In this document: positions 48,627 through 62,051 of the stretch, piece by piece
How positions within the stretch are numbered: the stretch's first letter is position 1
How the letters are laid out: every line of letters begins with the position of its first letter
Assembly (NCBI RefSeq): GCF_041146345.1
Contig: NW_027191406.1
Location: 124,001 to 188,000, forward strand
Direction of reading: 5' to 3'
DNA: 64,000 nucleotides
Source of the DNA: Neodothiora populina
Lineage: Eukaryota
The notes under the pieces: model-generated
Seen by the model: only the letters and a program-made list of their open reading frames with translations
Database searches by the model: none
Told to the model about the DNA's origin: nothing
Translations under genes and position numbers: made by a program

Positions 48627-49833
48627 CTATTTGGCAAGGCCCATCAACTTGGCCTCGTGCAAAACAGTACCGTCAATGGCTTCCTCAACGGTCATCTTCT
48701 CCGTAGCCTTCCAGCCAAGCAGCTTGGCGGCTCTGAGGGAAACCGGCCTTGAATTGGATGCCCAAAGGTAGTGAGCAAAGGGGTCAAGCTTCTTGGCTTC
48801 GTCGGCGCTCATGGCATCGACTTCGGCAGTCTTTGTAAAGCCTTGCTTGTGTGCAGACTCTGCGACCAAGCGGGCAATGTGACCCCAGACGATATCGCCG
48901 TTGTTGCAGAGGTAGTAGCCCTCGTTGCCCCAGGTAGCCTTGCCGTTCTCGCCAGCTGCGGCAGACTCGATCAACTTGACGTACATGTCAGTCTGATCGT
49001 GGATGTGGACAGAGCCCCACAGAGTCTTTCCCCTGCCGACCTGAACGCCCTTGCCGTGCTTGAGGGTCGCGACTGCGAGAGCGGGGATCTGGACACTGTT
49101 GGTCTTGTCGGGGCCACGTCCGGGACCATAGATGCAAGGAGGTGCAACAATGGCGGTCTTGATCTTGTTGGGGTTTGACTCTGCGGCAGCGAGCACGATC
49201 TTGTCGACGTCACGGTGAACGGCATAGTCAGGCAAGCTGACGAGCTCAGAAACACCTTCCCAGTCATTGAACTGTCGCTCTGATGCCTCTCCGTGTCTCT
49301 CAGCCTTGACGTCTTCGAAGGTCAAAATTCCGGCTCCGGAGGTGTGAATTAAGTAGACAGGCTTCTCGGATGGGTGAGACTTGAGAGCCTTGGTGATAGA
49401 CTCAGCACTTGGAACATCGTCTGCAGCAATAGATGTGTCTGCATAGTTCAGTATTAGTGGATGCAAGCTTTTACCTGGACATGGTTTTCCAATGCAATAG
49501 TTGGCATTTGTGAATACTTACGGACAATGATCTCGGCCTTCTTGGTCTCCTCCTGAAGGACGTCGTCGGAGTCGTTGTCGCCATACACAATCTTCACCTT
49601 GGGGTACTCGGCAGTAATCTTCTTTCCCTTGGCCTCGTTGCGGACCATGGCGGTGACCTCATATTCGGGGTGAGATTTGTTGAGGGCATAGAGAATATCT
49701 CCTCCGATGTAGCCAGTGGCTCCGGTCCTTGTCCTTAGTCAGATACATGCATTATGGAGGTGGGAAAAGTATGCAGTATATAAGATCACTGCAGGGCAAA
49801 GCTGAGCTTGACATACAAAAAGATCTTGGTCAT
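48627..49833 (-). CDS. NAD(P)-dependent epimerase/dehydratase-like atypical SDR, 3 exons
   Basis: Rossmann motif MTKIF|TGATGYIGG across an intron, IHTSGAG, PPCIYGPGRG and WGSVHIHD. Confidence 0.88.
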
Positions 49834-51605
49834 CGTGAGAGATGGAAGATTGTATAATAATCAGATGTTGTCTTTGTTCTTTAGCAAGCTAATGGGCAGA
49901 TATATTGAGAAAAGTCGAAGGGAAACGTCAAAGATTATATAGCTGTCGCCGAGAATCTCAATTGGGGATGCCAATCTTCGAAGGATTAATAATGTTCGCC
50001 ATTGCGGTCAGGAGATGACGCTCATGGAGAGCTGTTTACCTTAGCTAGACCCCGCTTTATTAGTGGATCCGAGAAAATGTTTCGAGCTGATGCAGCACGC
50101 AGCCACATGAAGATGTATATCCGATTCTCGGATATGGCACGAAAAACCTTGATGTTCTCTTAAATGGTTGGACGGTTTTCTGTGTAGTGTACCTTGGCTG
50201 TTAGACTTATACTTCTTGATGGTGCAGTGGGTGTTGGTGACGCTCCAGTGGTACTGTAGATGGAAATAATATGATGTCACAGTATTCGAGATCTTTCTGG
50301 TGTTGTTCCTGCACCCCTGCCCTATACCAGATAAGATGAGAGCTCGGATTACCTTACCAGTCGGAGGTTTGAGATCTGGGGATTCATTAGATCATGTCCA
50401 CAGGGGGCCGCAATATAAACATTAGCGCTCATAGAATCGTACGTGATCGCTACGCTTGATCATCATTGGCTTGATAATCAAGTCTTGCAGCTGTGCTGCA
50501 GAGAGCAGTACAAGTCTTCCACGACCTCAGGACGAGCCGCGAGAACCCGCGACCGGCAGCACAGTAGCGCTTCGGCTTTGCATTTCGCAACCCAATCTCA
50601 CACTTGCATTTTCTGCTTTGACCCAGCACCCGTGGTGGGGGTATATAAGTCATATACCCGCTGCTTTGCGTTGCGAGTACTCGCATGCCAGGGCAATGTC
50701 GTCCTTCTCGACATTTGTCTCTGAGTGACCTCACCTTCGCTACGCCATGGACAATCACCACCATCGTCAGACAAGAAGACCATCTTCAGTTGTCTCAGTG
50801 AAAGCCAGATATCTTTGCAGCGAGTCATGATTTGGGCGACTATTCAGACTCAGTCAAGCAGACATACGACGACTCGATATGATCATGGGGTGACCATTGG
50901 AAGCTGAGCTTCCTACTCGAGGACTGTCATGTCGAGGTCATTGATGGTGATTTTCTGTCATGCCATGGTCCTCGTCAACGGAGGCCAGCAACCGCTTTAC
51001 AAAGCAAGGACACGATAGTGATATCGACTTGAGTCATTGGTGAGCAAGAGTCCACACACTCTCTCGCAAAAGCATGCAGCATTGTGGCACGTAAAGCACG
51101 TGTCGAGGGAATCTACGATTATTGAAATATAAGGGTCTAGGTAAGTGGCAGCTCCTCCCGATGATGCTTTTGAGGTGCACCGGGAGAAGTGGTTTGGTTA
51201 TTGAGGCAAAGAGTCCCTCGCACAATCCATCGGCGTGGCCTTGTGGCTGGTCTGCATACCCGGAGCAGTCGGGTATTTTGTTGTACGTGCAGTAACACAG
51301 GCTAGTGAGGTGCACTTGAAAAAGATTTGTGAAATCGAGTATGCACCGGACGCAGGTCACGCACTGCTTGTACGAATACACAAAGTGCAATAAATCCCGA
51401 GAGAGGGATCGCGAGAATGTACAGGACGGCAGAGCTAGCCAAGGATAGGTTACAGTAGCTATATGGGTGGGGTTTCAGCAGGCCGGACTGCTGCGACAAT
51501 GGTCTACTGTAGTAAGGACGATGGTGTGTGTGAGCCAGAATTGTAGGCCCTCGAGAGTGCTTACCACCGGTGTTTGTCGGAGGTCGGAGGACGGACATGA
51601 GCTGA

Positions 51606-51610
51606 CCAAT
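51606..51610 (+). promoter_or_regulatory. CCAAT box upstream of PDA1
   Basis: TGACCAATCG ~360 bp before the ATG, followed by a CT-rich start region. Confidence 0.35.
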
Positions 51611-51965
51611 CGGAATCGATTATTCTGGTGCGGGCCGGGCGACGAAGGGGAACCGACCAGAAAGTTCAGCTCCGCAGGCCGCAGCTCCCAACAGGTCCGA
51701 GATTGTTTCTTTCGCCTGAGTCTCTGCGGTGCACTGAGGGTTCAGCGTTTGTAGCGAGTAGCAGCAAATCCCCATACGAAGTAGAAGCTGCACCTGGTTT
51801 TGTCTATCAAAGCTAAGACTCTCGAATCCAGAGTCTTGAATCCTCCTCCCACGCAACGCTTTGCTTGCGCCCACCCATCTACATCCCACCTCCCCAACAC
51901 CCTCTCCCTCTCCCTCTCTTCTCCCTCTCCACCCTCCTCTTTGCAATTGTTCATTGCATATCATC

Positions 51966-53569
51966 ATGTTGTCCAGGTTTGCCCCGAGGTCATTCGCCTC
52001 CGCCAGCAGGCGTGTCGCTTTCCAGCCTGCGCGCTTCACTGCGGTGAGATCCGTCACCACCGATGCCGCCAGCGCCCACGTTGAGAAGGACAACATTCCC
52101 GAGGTATGCCACAGCAGTTTGAGTTCGTCAAAATAGCAACATGGGGTGTGAGAGGAAGCAGCGACCCACCGGGCAGGCAGGCAGTGGACCTTCTGCCACG
52201 TTTTGCAGCTTCTCTCAACATCTTTATTTGATCATCATTATTATCGTTACCGCCACCTACCACTGTTCTGTCATTGCATACACACACCTTTCGCAATGTT
52301 GACTTTCTCTCATAGGACCACGAGGAACTCTTCGAGGTCAAGCTCTCCGATGAGTCCTTCGAGACCTACGAGCTCGACCCTCCTTCATACACCCTCAAGA
52401 CCTCCAAGAAGGAGCTCAAGCAAATGTACTACGACATGGTAGCTTCCCGACGAATGGAGATGGCCGCCGACAGACTGTACAAGGAGAAGAAGATCAGAGG
52501 TTTCTGCCATTTGTCCACCGGACAGGAGGCTGTTGCCATTGGTATGGAGCACGCTCTCACCAAGCAGGACCAGATCATCACCGCCTACCGTTGCCACGGT
52601 TTCGCCATGATGAGAGGCGCCTCGGTCAAGTCCATCATCGGTGAGCTTCTCGGCAGAAGAGAAGGTGTCTCCTACGGAAAGGGTGGTTCCATGCACATGT
52701 TCACCACCGGTTTCTACGGAGGCAACGGTATCGTCGGTGCTCAGGTTCCCGTCGGTGCTGGTCTCGCCTTTGCCAACCACTACACCGGCAAGAAGAACTG
52801 CTCCGTCGCCCTCTACGGTGATGGTGCTTCCAACCAAGGTCAGGTTTTTGAGGCTTTCAACATGGCCAAGCTCTGGAACCTTCCCTGCATCTTTGCTTGC
52901 GAGAGTGAGTAGCCATCTAAACTCACCATTTCCGGGGTACAGACACTGACAGCTCGACAGACAACAAGTACGGTATGGGTACCGCTGCTAACCGTTCATC
53001 CGCTCTTACCGACTACTACAAGCGTGGTCAGTACATCCCCGGTCTCAAGATCAACGGTATGGACGTCCTTGCCTGCAAGGCCGCCATGCAGTTCGGTAAG
53101 GAGTACTGCGCCGAGGGCAAGGGTCCCCTTGTCTTCGAGTTCGTCACCTACAGATACGGAGGCCACTCCATGTCCGACCCCGGTACCACCTACAGAGTAA
53201 GATTCCTTGGCTGCCGATTTGTATCTCAAGGCCAGCACTAATCACTAATCACTATAGACCCGTGAGGAGATCCAGCGCATGCGCTCCACCAACGACCCTA
53301 TTGCCGGCCTCAAGCACAAGATCCTCGACTGGGGTATCTGCACCGAGGCTGAGCTCAAGGGCATTGACAAGAAGGCCCGCGAGTCCGTCGACGCCGAAGT
53401 CGCCGAGGCCGAGGCCATGGAGGTTCCCGATGCCACCCCCAAGATCCTCTTCGAGGACATCTACGTCCGTGGCAGCGAGCCTCAATTCCTCCGTGGCAGA
53501 GTGCCCGAGGAGAACTACTACTACGACCAGGACAAGCCCGTCGAGATCCACGCTGTCGCCCGCGCATAA
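51966..53569 (+). CDS. PDA1: Pyruvate dehydrogenase E1 alpha subunit, mitochondrial, 4 exons
   Basis: [20 protein letters not shown], ThDP motif [22 protein letters not shown], presequence and strong codon bias. Confidence 0.98.
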
Positions 53570-54932
53570 GCGAAGAGCTTCCGGACTGGGACGAGGCATT
53601 GTATTCTATCCAATCGACAACAAGACCCGTGGGATGATCACTAGCGACAGCTAGAAATCAATGTCATGGAAATCACTCTTGTTGTCTGTCATCTGGACAG
53701 CGTCTGAAAAGAGGCAGGACATACAGATGAATGAACAAGTGAGCATTTTAGGGAGTGTGTGGAAAGGAGTCGGTGGAGGCTTTGGGCGTTGTATTACCCA
53801 TAGCATTTTGTACTTTTTCTCCCAAACAATTCAAACGTCTTTTGACTTGCAAGTGAGCGGCGTATCCCGTTATTATGCTGTGGTGTAGCATGTGTCTCGG
53901 TTTTGTGCACAAGAACATGAATTTTGTAGTCCTCGGGTACATTCGATGCGTGAGCACGGAAAACAGTAGTCCGATACGGCGAGTCGAGAGAGAGACCGCT
54001 CTTCACTGTCACTGACGATCCACCTAGATTGCTAGGAAACGGTGAATGGTGTTGAAAGAGGCTCCGCAAGAAGACGGAGGACGACTACTGACCATCTTAT
54101 GGAAGTTGTGAAAGCAGCATGCAATGAATCGACTCTTGTAGGTAAACATAGCATTGCATCAAAGCCTCTGGCCATACCGTAAAGCGAAAGCGAACGCGAA
54201 TTACAACCACTACTTATATTACCTACAGTAGCTGCTCAACTCGAGCGAACTCAATCTCATCTCGGTATGGGACACGAAGTATTGATAAAGACACAACGGT
54301 ACAAGGATATTCGGCACATTTGGAAGCATTGCTACCCTCTGAGCTCCGAGGTTCCGGTAGGTCAGGCACGTTATTTCCGACCTCACTCAAGAGACTTTCA
54401 ACTAGCTACACAATAGTAACAGTGGTCGCGCAGTGTCATGATCGATTGGTTGAATGGCCGGTTGGCTGGCTGGCTGGCTGGCTGGCAGAACCGGCTGGTA
54501 TCCTCAGGCAGGGGTTGGGAAACCATGGTGTAGAGAGACAGGGAGCTTCGCGTTTGTTGGGTTGACGCAAACCGTTCCTGCCGAGTGATGTCACCGCCAG
54601 CTCCGTGGAAAGCCGCACTTCCCGGAATGGATGGTAAAGTGGATGAGGGGAGAGCAGGATAAGAAAGAGGTACAAGGATAATAACAACTCTTTTTGTTCC
54701 TCTTCTTGTTCTTCTGTAATAGCTTTTGTCTTCTGGATATACTTAGATATACTGCCGATAGTGCATAAAGAGTGCTATATATTACCTTGCTCGTCAGCCA
54801 TCACTCCACTCTTGAAGCTTCGCTCATAGCTACCTCTACCTCCCATCTTGGTGTTTGAACGCGTGCAAGCAACATCTCACACGACATCCGTAACTTCCTG
54901 TTCTTCTATCTCTTCGCATACAGCTCGACACA

Positions 54933-56042
54933 ATGGCCAAGCCTCAAGCACCCGGAGCTGTGACTCCTGCAAACAAGATTGAGCTGTTCTCTGGAAGTTA
55001 TTTCGCAGCATGTACTCTTGGTGGTATCATTGGTACGTTAGAAGCTCTGTAGCAATAAGCGCAATGCTCGGACGAGCCTGCGCTTCTGCTTCCTCACTTG
55101 AGAGCCTGGTAGAATTAATCTGGCTAACTTGCGATCTTCTTCTGCAGCTTGTGGTCCCACTCACACCGCAGTCACTCCTCTTGATCTGGTGAAATGCCGT
55201 CGTCAAGTCGATTCAAACCTTTACAAGTCGAATATGCAGGCATGGCGTCAGATTGGTGCCAAAGAGGGACTCCGCGGTATCTTCTTCGGTTGGGCTCCTA
55301 CTTTCGTTGGTTACTCCTTCCAGGGCGCTGGCAAATACGGTGCCTACGAGGTGTTTAAGTACTACTACGGCGAGAAGCTGTTCCCGAACACCAACAAGAC
55401 CGTCGTCTACCTCGCCGCCTCGGCCACCGCTGAGTCCATTGCCGATTGTTTCCTCTGTCCCTTCGAGGCCATCAAGGTCCGCATGCAGACCACCATCCCT
55501 CCCTACGCCAATGGCCTGCGCGAGGGCTGGACCAAGATTGTCGCTCAGGAAGGTTTCGCTGGCCTGTACAAGGGTCTCGTGCCGCTCTGGGGTCGCCAGA
55601 TTCCTTACACCATGGTCAAGTTCTCCACTTTCGAAGCCGCCGTCTCCAAGATCTACCAGTACCTCGGCAAGCCCAAGGAGACTTACGGTACCCTCGCCCA
55701 GACCGGTGTGTCTTTCCTTGGTGGTTACATTGCCGGTATTGGTTGCGCTGCCGTCTCTCACCCTGCAGATGTCATGGTTTCCAAGCTCAACTCCGACCGC
55801 AAGCCTGGTGAGAGTGCCGGCAAGGCCATGGCCAGAATCTACGGAAACATTGGGTTCAAGGGATTGTGGAACGGTCTGCCTGTGAGAATTGTCATGATCG
55901 GCACGCTCACTGCCTTCCAATGGTTGATCTACGACTCTTTCAAGGTCTACCTCGGTGTAAGTATTTGCTCTTTATTTTTTTACCAATATGTCTTTTGCTA
56001 ACAGCACTGTGTCGACAGCTCCCTACCACCGGTGGTCACTAG
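54933..56042 (+). CDS. PIC2: Mitochondrial phosphate carrier (Pic2-type), 3 exons
   Basis: [64 protein letters not shown] and terminal LPTTGGH*. Confidence 0.93.
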
Positions 56043-57152
56043 AGAAAGCCCGAGTGCAATCGAAAGAGCCGAGACTTGATCCACTTTCATCCCACGTGTA
56101 TGAAACAAGAGAGGGATCATTGATGCTTCTCCTTGTTCATTTCTGATGGTTTCTCATATTTATTCTTTGCAGAATTGGGCAAAGCGGGCGTTAAATCTGT
56201 TTATCGAAACATTTAGAAGTTGATGAACATTCAAACATATAACATTTTCACATCACCCTGTCCGATTCCAGCATTGTTCAAAGATGATGGACTTATCACA
56301 GCAACAGGCGCACTCAAAAACGACCAGTAGTATCGAGTCCAGGTAGGAGCATAGAAAAATTACTAGCAGTACAAGTACAGTATCGTCGTGGTCTTGAATC
56401 AAATCAGCAAAACCCGCCGCACGAGGAAAATACCTGATCTCACACCACCAGGCAAGGGTCCGGTGTCCGGGTCGAAGTCCCGTCTGCTCGGTCTAACGCT
56501 ACCTAAAAAGGCTGGCTGACGGGAGACCAATTCACACTCCGGTGCCTGTCCTGCTGCACGAGTCTCGGCATGTACCTTAGCTTCGGCTTTTGCGAGTCTA
56601 GCGACGGGCATAGCATTGGAACTTAAGCTACCTCATGGTTTACTGATCAAGGTTCCTGCAATACCTTCTCGTGAGGACAACACTGGTCACCCCGATTGAT
56701 CAAGAACAATTTTAGGCAAAGGGTTTAATCGCCAGTTTATAACACGACCTTCATGAAACAAAGTCAAATCTATGCAGCAATGGCGAGGTCGGGCGCAGTA
56801 AGCTGATGTGTACAACAGCAAACAAGGCTGTAGACAAACTTGTCGTCAGTCGGTTGTAGGATTCTGCGCGCCTGCCTTCCAAAATTGGAGATGCGGACGC
56901 AACGCGCGCCTCGGAGGCTGTTTCTTTTGTATCTGCCTCCGTAACTCTACCTAAGCTGAATGACCGGAGACGGATAGTTTGACATATACCTTACCTTAGG
57001 TAGGCTGTAAGGTGAGGTCTCTTGTGTATATAACCTGGTAGGTTCGTGTTCCTGCTTCCACGGACAGTATCTTGAGCTATTCACAACACAAAGAAGAAAG
57101 AAAAATCTATAAGGGATAGCCATTGTAAAAAAAATCAATATCAATATCAATA

Positions 57153-58297
57153 ATGGCATCTTCATCAACATTCGTCACCCGATTGACTTTGCCCCGTGCT
57201 CTTCGCTTCCTCGCTGGCGCAACAGCGATAGGTCTAGTGGGAGCACGCTACTACGCAAACCGGAAACCTATCCGACTCGATTCTTCCACTAAACTTCCTC
57301 CTGGATCTCCCGCGTCGGCAGCATGGAACAACCTTACTCCTTCGAGAGATTTGGCCTTCGATGCGAAGACAGCAAACAAGACGCTTTCGTTTCCGAGAAA
57401 CATGGTCTTTGCCAAGGAGTTAAGTGTAGTGGCAGTAGAACAGGTCAATCATGACACTAAGAGAATCACTCTGAGTCTCCCTTCTAGGGAAGAAATTAGT
57501 GGCGTTAGTGCCGGTGGTAAGCTCTCTTCCTGCTCCTTTTGCTCTTCATCTGCTTTCTTATAGAGACGGGACGAAAACGCTGTGATTTGTGACTTCTAAC
57601 TAGAGTACCAGGTGCTATTCTGACCCAACACACACCGTCGAATCGCTATTTCCCTGTCCTTCGCCCCTACACGACAATCTCCGACCCTTCAACGCCAGGC
57701 GAAATCCAGCTCCTCATCAAGCACTACCCGAGCGGAGCAGCATCAACCTACATGCACTCCCTGCAATCAGGCGACAAACTGACAGTCCGAGGTCCGCTAC
57801 CAGGAAGTCCCACCTGGACTCCCATTACATCGTCCTCTGCCAGCGACTCCAAAACCGCCCTCTTCGTGGCAGGCGGAACAGGTATAACTCCCCTGTACAG
57901 CCTTCTGCACAGTGTCCTCAAGAACGAAAACGACAGCACTAGGATTCACCTCGTCTGGGGGATCAACACCGCACATGACATCCCGTTGAAGAAAGAACTC
58001 GATCAGTTACTTCAGGCCCATCCCGAGAAGCTGCGTATCACTTACTGTGTCTCGCGCGATTCTGCAGATATCTCGGAACGCCAGGATAGTGTCATCGCAA
58101 CGAATAATACAATGGCGACATTCAGAAAGGGATACGTGGACCGTGCAGTGCTCAGTGATGTTCTGGCCCAGGAGACAAAGGGCAAGACTTCTAAGATCTT
58201 CTTTTGTGGTCCGCCTACCATGCAGAGCGTCCTTACAGGACGAAAGGGCATTTTCAAGGAGTTAGGATTCGAGGGCAAGGACGTGCATGTATTTTGA
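57153..58297 (+). CDS. NADH-cytochrome b5 reductase (MCR1-like), 2 exons
   Basis: N-terminal targeting/anchor segment, NHDTKR, RPYT FAD motif, IKHYPSGAAS, AGGTGITP, CGPP and terminal VHVF. Confidence 0.88.
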
Positions 58298-58894
58298 TTT
58301 CTCGTCGATTTCTGCGCATCACGAATTTTTCTCTTGCTGCTCGTCAAACAGCACGCAAGTATTTGCACACTAGGTAATATTCCCTTCTTTGGGATCCTTC
58401 ATCATTGAGTTGAAGCATGTTTTGACTCACAGAGGAAAAATTACTAAATCAACACTCAATCCTGCTCAACACTAACTGCATATTATGTACAACTTCACTT
58501 TCAACGGGGATCTCCGATATATACTGTGCTATGCGCGAAGTGCAAACATGGCGCCCCGCCTATCGAGATATTTGCAACAGATCTTTGAGAACGATCTCTC
58601 CTAGCTTTAGTGAGAGCTTAGAATGTGCAGTGGAGCGTGACTGCCCCATGCAAGAGGACACAAAATGCTAGCCTCCGAGTATTGGAGTCTATAGGTCTGT
58701 GCATGGACATTCTTTGGGGTTTCTTAAGAATCCGAGGATTGGACCAGCTATCTCTCTACGTCTCATTCAAAAAGACATCTTCCGTTCCAAGCATCGTCAA
58801 CCATATCTACAATTGATCTTTCCGCATTGCTAGACCCTCTGTAGTTCTTTCGCAGTAGTTGTAGCAGCCGTCTTCCTTTACCTCCACCTCAGCT

Positions 58895-60023
58895 ATGATT
58901 ACGAACATACCACGCATGGCGCATCTGTCAACAAAAGTTTGTCCGAATTATGCAGGGAAGACAGGCTTAATGTATGCATTTCAGAGACTTATTCGGCGAC
59001 GACCTGAGTTAGGAAGCGTCTGGGTCGCGAAGTATGGTTCTCTTTTACAGGCTTTTACAATGACGACTCAGAATAAAGGACGCAACTAGGGCTCAGAGCT
59101 GCGAATATGTTCTGAAGGAAATCCCAGAGAGCTATTACTTGAACTTCGTCGAGGAGATCTGGCCCCGACTCCGCCTCAGCCAAAATACCAATGTCCGCTT
59201 GCCCTATGATACCATTCCTGATCAGCGTGTCCTAGTCTACAAGTATTTGTCTCATGACTTCCTCGAGCTGGCTCGCGAGGACATTGGCCTTCAGTCGAAA
59301 CGGCGGATTCTGAAGAGTGTTCTTGAAGGTCTTGCGGAAATGCACCACTTTGATCTCGTTCACCTCGATTTTAAGCCCGACAACATTGTCATCGATAGTC
59401 ACGACAGCCTGGACGTAAGAAGGGGCTTAGATGCTGTACAGATTACAGACCTCGAGAACGCGGTCTGGCTCAAACCAGGCAAGAACGTCCAGGGTGTGCT
59501 CGCCGGCAATGACAAGTGGCGCAGTCCTGAAGCTCATCTGCGTGGGAAGCTCAACAAACCAACTGACATGTTTTCGTTCGGAGTCGTGGTACGCTGCATG
59601 ATGACCACGAAGTCCATTTGTGCTGAAGGCTAACATGATCTCTTTTACAGTGTATCTATGCCATGCTTGGCCGCGTCATTTTTGGACGCGATGGAGATTT
59701 CGATTTTCATGTGTCTCAGGGTATTGAGCCCGGCCTGATCCGCCTACAACGTCAGATGTCCTATTTCGGTGATGAGGCAGGATACAAGGGCCTATGCCGC
59801 CATCTTGACTATTATAAAGAACTTTGCCAGCTTTCTCGACGCTATGTGGGATGATCGTAATTGCCCGTATATCCCGTACAAGCACTTCAACGCTTGGCCA
59901 GAGGTCGAGAGCGAAGACTTCAAAGATGTCGTGCTGAAGTTAATGAGCCTGGATCCCGAAGGGAGGATCACAGCTAGAGAGGCGCTGTTGCATCCTTGGT
60001 TTGCTGGGGTAGATGCGGTCTGA
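58895..60023 (+). pseudogene. Ser/Thr protein kinase with a +1 frameshift in the last exon (pseudogene, recoding site or assembly error)
   Basis: Three exons with YVLK, HLDFKPDN, ITDLEN, WRSPE, DMFSFG and LDPEGRITAREALLHPWF. The frame changes near CAG CTT T CTC GAC at 59828-59840. Confidence 0.8.
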
Positions 60024-60387
60024 AGACTTTCGGTTTGGTTTGATTTCGTGCGTGACGAGTAATAGGACGCTTATAAGAAGTGGCTCGCATTCAGAATCTA
60101 TCAACGAAGGCTGCTGAAGAGGCTGGAAATTAAGTGAGAATAACCAATGAGCTAGAAAAAGTAAGATAAGCAAACAGAGAGGTATGCTGTATGCCAGGCG
60201 CTTTGTATTACACCTCTTTGCAAGGAGCCGGGCTTCTACAAGACATCTTCACCTGAACGTATTCCTCACAGAATTTGCGACTGTGGGCGGTTTCTATCAA
60301 TTTCGAGTGAACAAGGTGGTCTGTGATTTGGAAGACTACATAACGGTAGGTCGTAGGCATCAGAACATCCAAAATGTAAGTCATGCA

Positions 60388-61530
60388 TCAGTTGCATATG
60401 TAGCCTTCTTCATATTGAGCATAAGCTAAATCCTCAAACGTATCCGAATACCCAATGTTCTGCAACATCTGAGGATACTGTTCGTTCATCGGACCAGGTT
60501 GGTGGATTACTTCCGATTCATGGCCCCCAAAACGAGGCATATAGCCTATTTCTACTTGAGCCGAAAATAGGGAACTTTCCGGTATGAAAGTCGTAGCTGC
60601 TCGGAATTGTGCCAGACGAGAATTGATCATGGCATAGAAAAGGAGCTCGTACTTGGATGCCAAAGTTGGGATATCGATGGACCTCAGATGCGTCATCACA
60701 TCATTGAATTTTTTACCTTCTTTTGGCAGTTTGGTCCATCTGTGTAGTTCAGCAAGGTGAAGTAAAACATAAAGCCTTACAAACTCACGAAGTCTCAGGT
60801 TGGCTTACACCCAAAACCAGCACAACTCCAGCACCGACTGAATTTTGGATGTTCTTATATCTGTGTCCAACGCTGATCATGTGTTCAAGAGTACGCTTCG
60901 CGTGAGCGAAGCCTTGACACAGATTCACATTGATCGACAAAGCACTGGCAGTGTCTTCGACAGAGTTTATACCGCGCTCACGACGAAAGTCGACCAACAA
61001 GATACAAGTGAGACGTTGTATGATCCGCGACTAAACGTCGTCACGTCTCGCACTCAGAAAACACTCGACTAGGTTAGCTTGAGGTTCATCGTGAGAACAG
61101 TTCAACAGCGACGACTGCCTGACCCAAGCTGATTGAGGATTAGAAAGCCACATTGGACCGCAGGTTTCCAACAGAGTAATAGTCTCTTCGTCGGGTCCGT
61201 CATAGGCAACCAATCTCTCGTGTCTTGCTTTCTCAGGCCGCCCTTTACCTTTGACGCTGAATCGTACCATTTTCGACAAAGTCGGCCTGCAGTGGAGGAT
61301 ATCGACAACCTTGTCGAGAATAGCCTCTATTGTCACCTTGTCCTATGACACATTAGCTTCTTATAGGTCAATAATATCAGATCCTCGCGTAGTGACCTTC
61401 TCATCATCGTCTTCTAGTGCAGATTCGAGCGCAGTTGCTGCCATGCTTTGCTTGTGGCCTGAGGGTCCCTCAAGACGGCAAAAGATGGTGACTCCTGCCG
61501 TGGAAAAGTAGATTGATGCCGCCTATTAGG
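60388..61530 (-). pseudogene. Multi-exon orphan gene with an in-frame TAG; 5' end uncertain (may extend to ~61840)
   Basis: ORFs 61031-61336 and 60785-61000 share one frame, separated only by TAG at 61031-61033. A GTGAGT..CAG intron then joins in frame to ORF 60388-60699 (..QPETS-WTKLPKEGKKFNDVMTHLRS..). Confidence 0.6.
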
Positions 61531-62051
61531 ATATATATACTCTTGCGATCATAGATTGGGGCCCAAGCTGAGATATCTAGCTGGAGAAACATCGTATGAG
61601 TGCTGTTTGTATTGCCTATCGAGAGTATGCATATATTGACTTGACCCATACCAGCAGCACGGTCCTGCATGACACTAAAATATCGTCTGAACTTTTAGTT
61701 TGCAGCCATATATGCAGCACAGTAACTTCAATGCAAAATACCATCTGACGCCAGACACCTGGCAGGACTGCATCCTGGCCAAACATGTCGCGATCCCTGT
61801 CTTCGCTTGTCACGCAAAGTCGAGACTTCAAAATTACCATAGATTATGAAGAATTCATGACTGCAGGTCTATGTACATCTAGTTGCATGTCACAGATTGG
61901 ATACAATCAGAAAGAAATTAAAGTAGTTGTAGTTGCTTAAGAGTTTCTTTAATAATATCGAGAATTTAAAACAAATTCGTTAGGATAAATATGTCCGTAC
62001 TCGAAATTGTGACTGGAGACAAAGGAAGAATGTCCACGACCTCTAATCCAC

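Noticed and set aside
52385..55920. Long antisense ORFs over PDA1 and PIC2 (similar ones over SNX41, VMS1 and SRP72)
   Set aside because: They are shadows produced by strong codon bias and high GC in the real genes.
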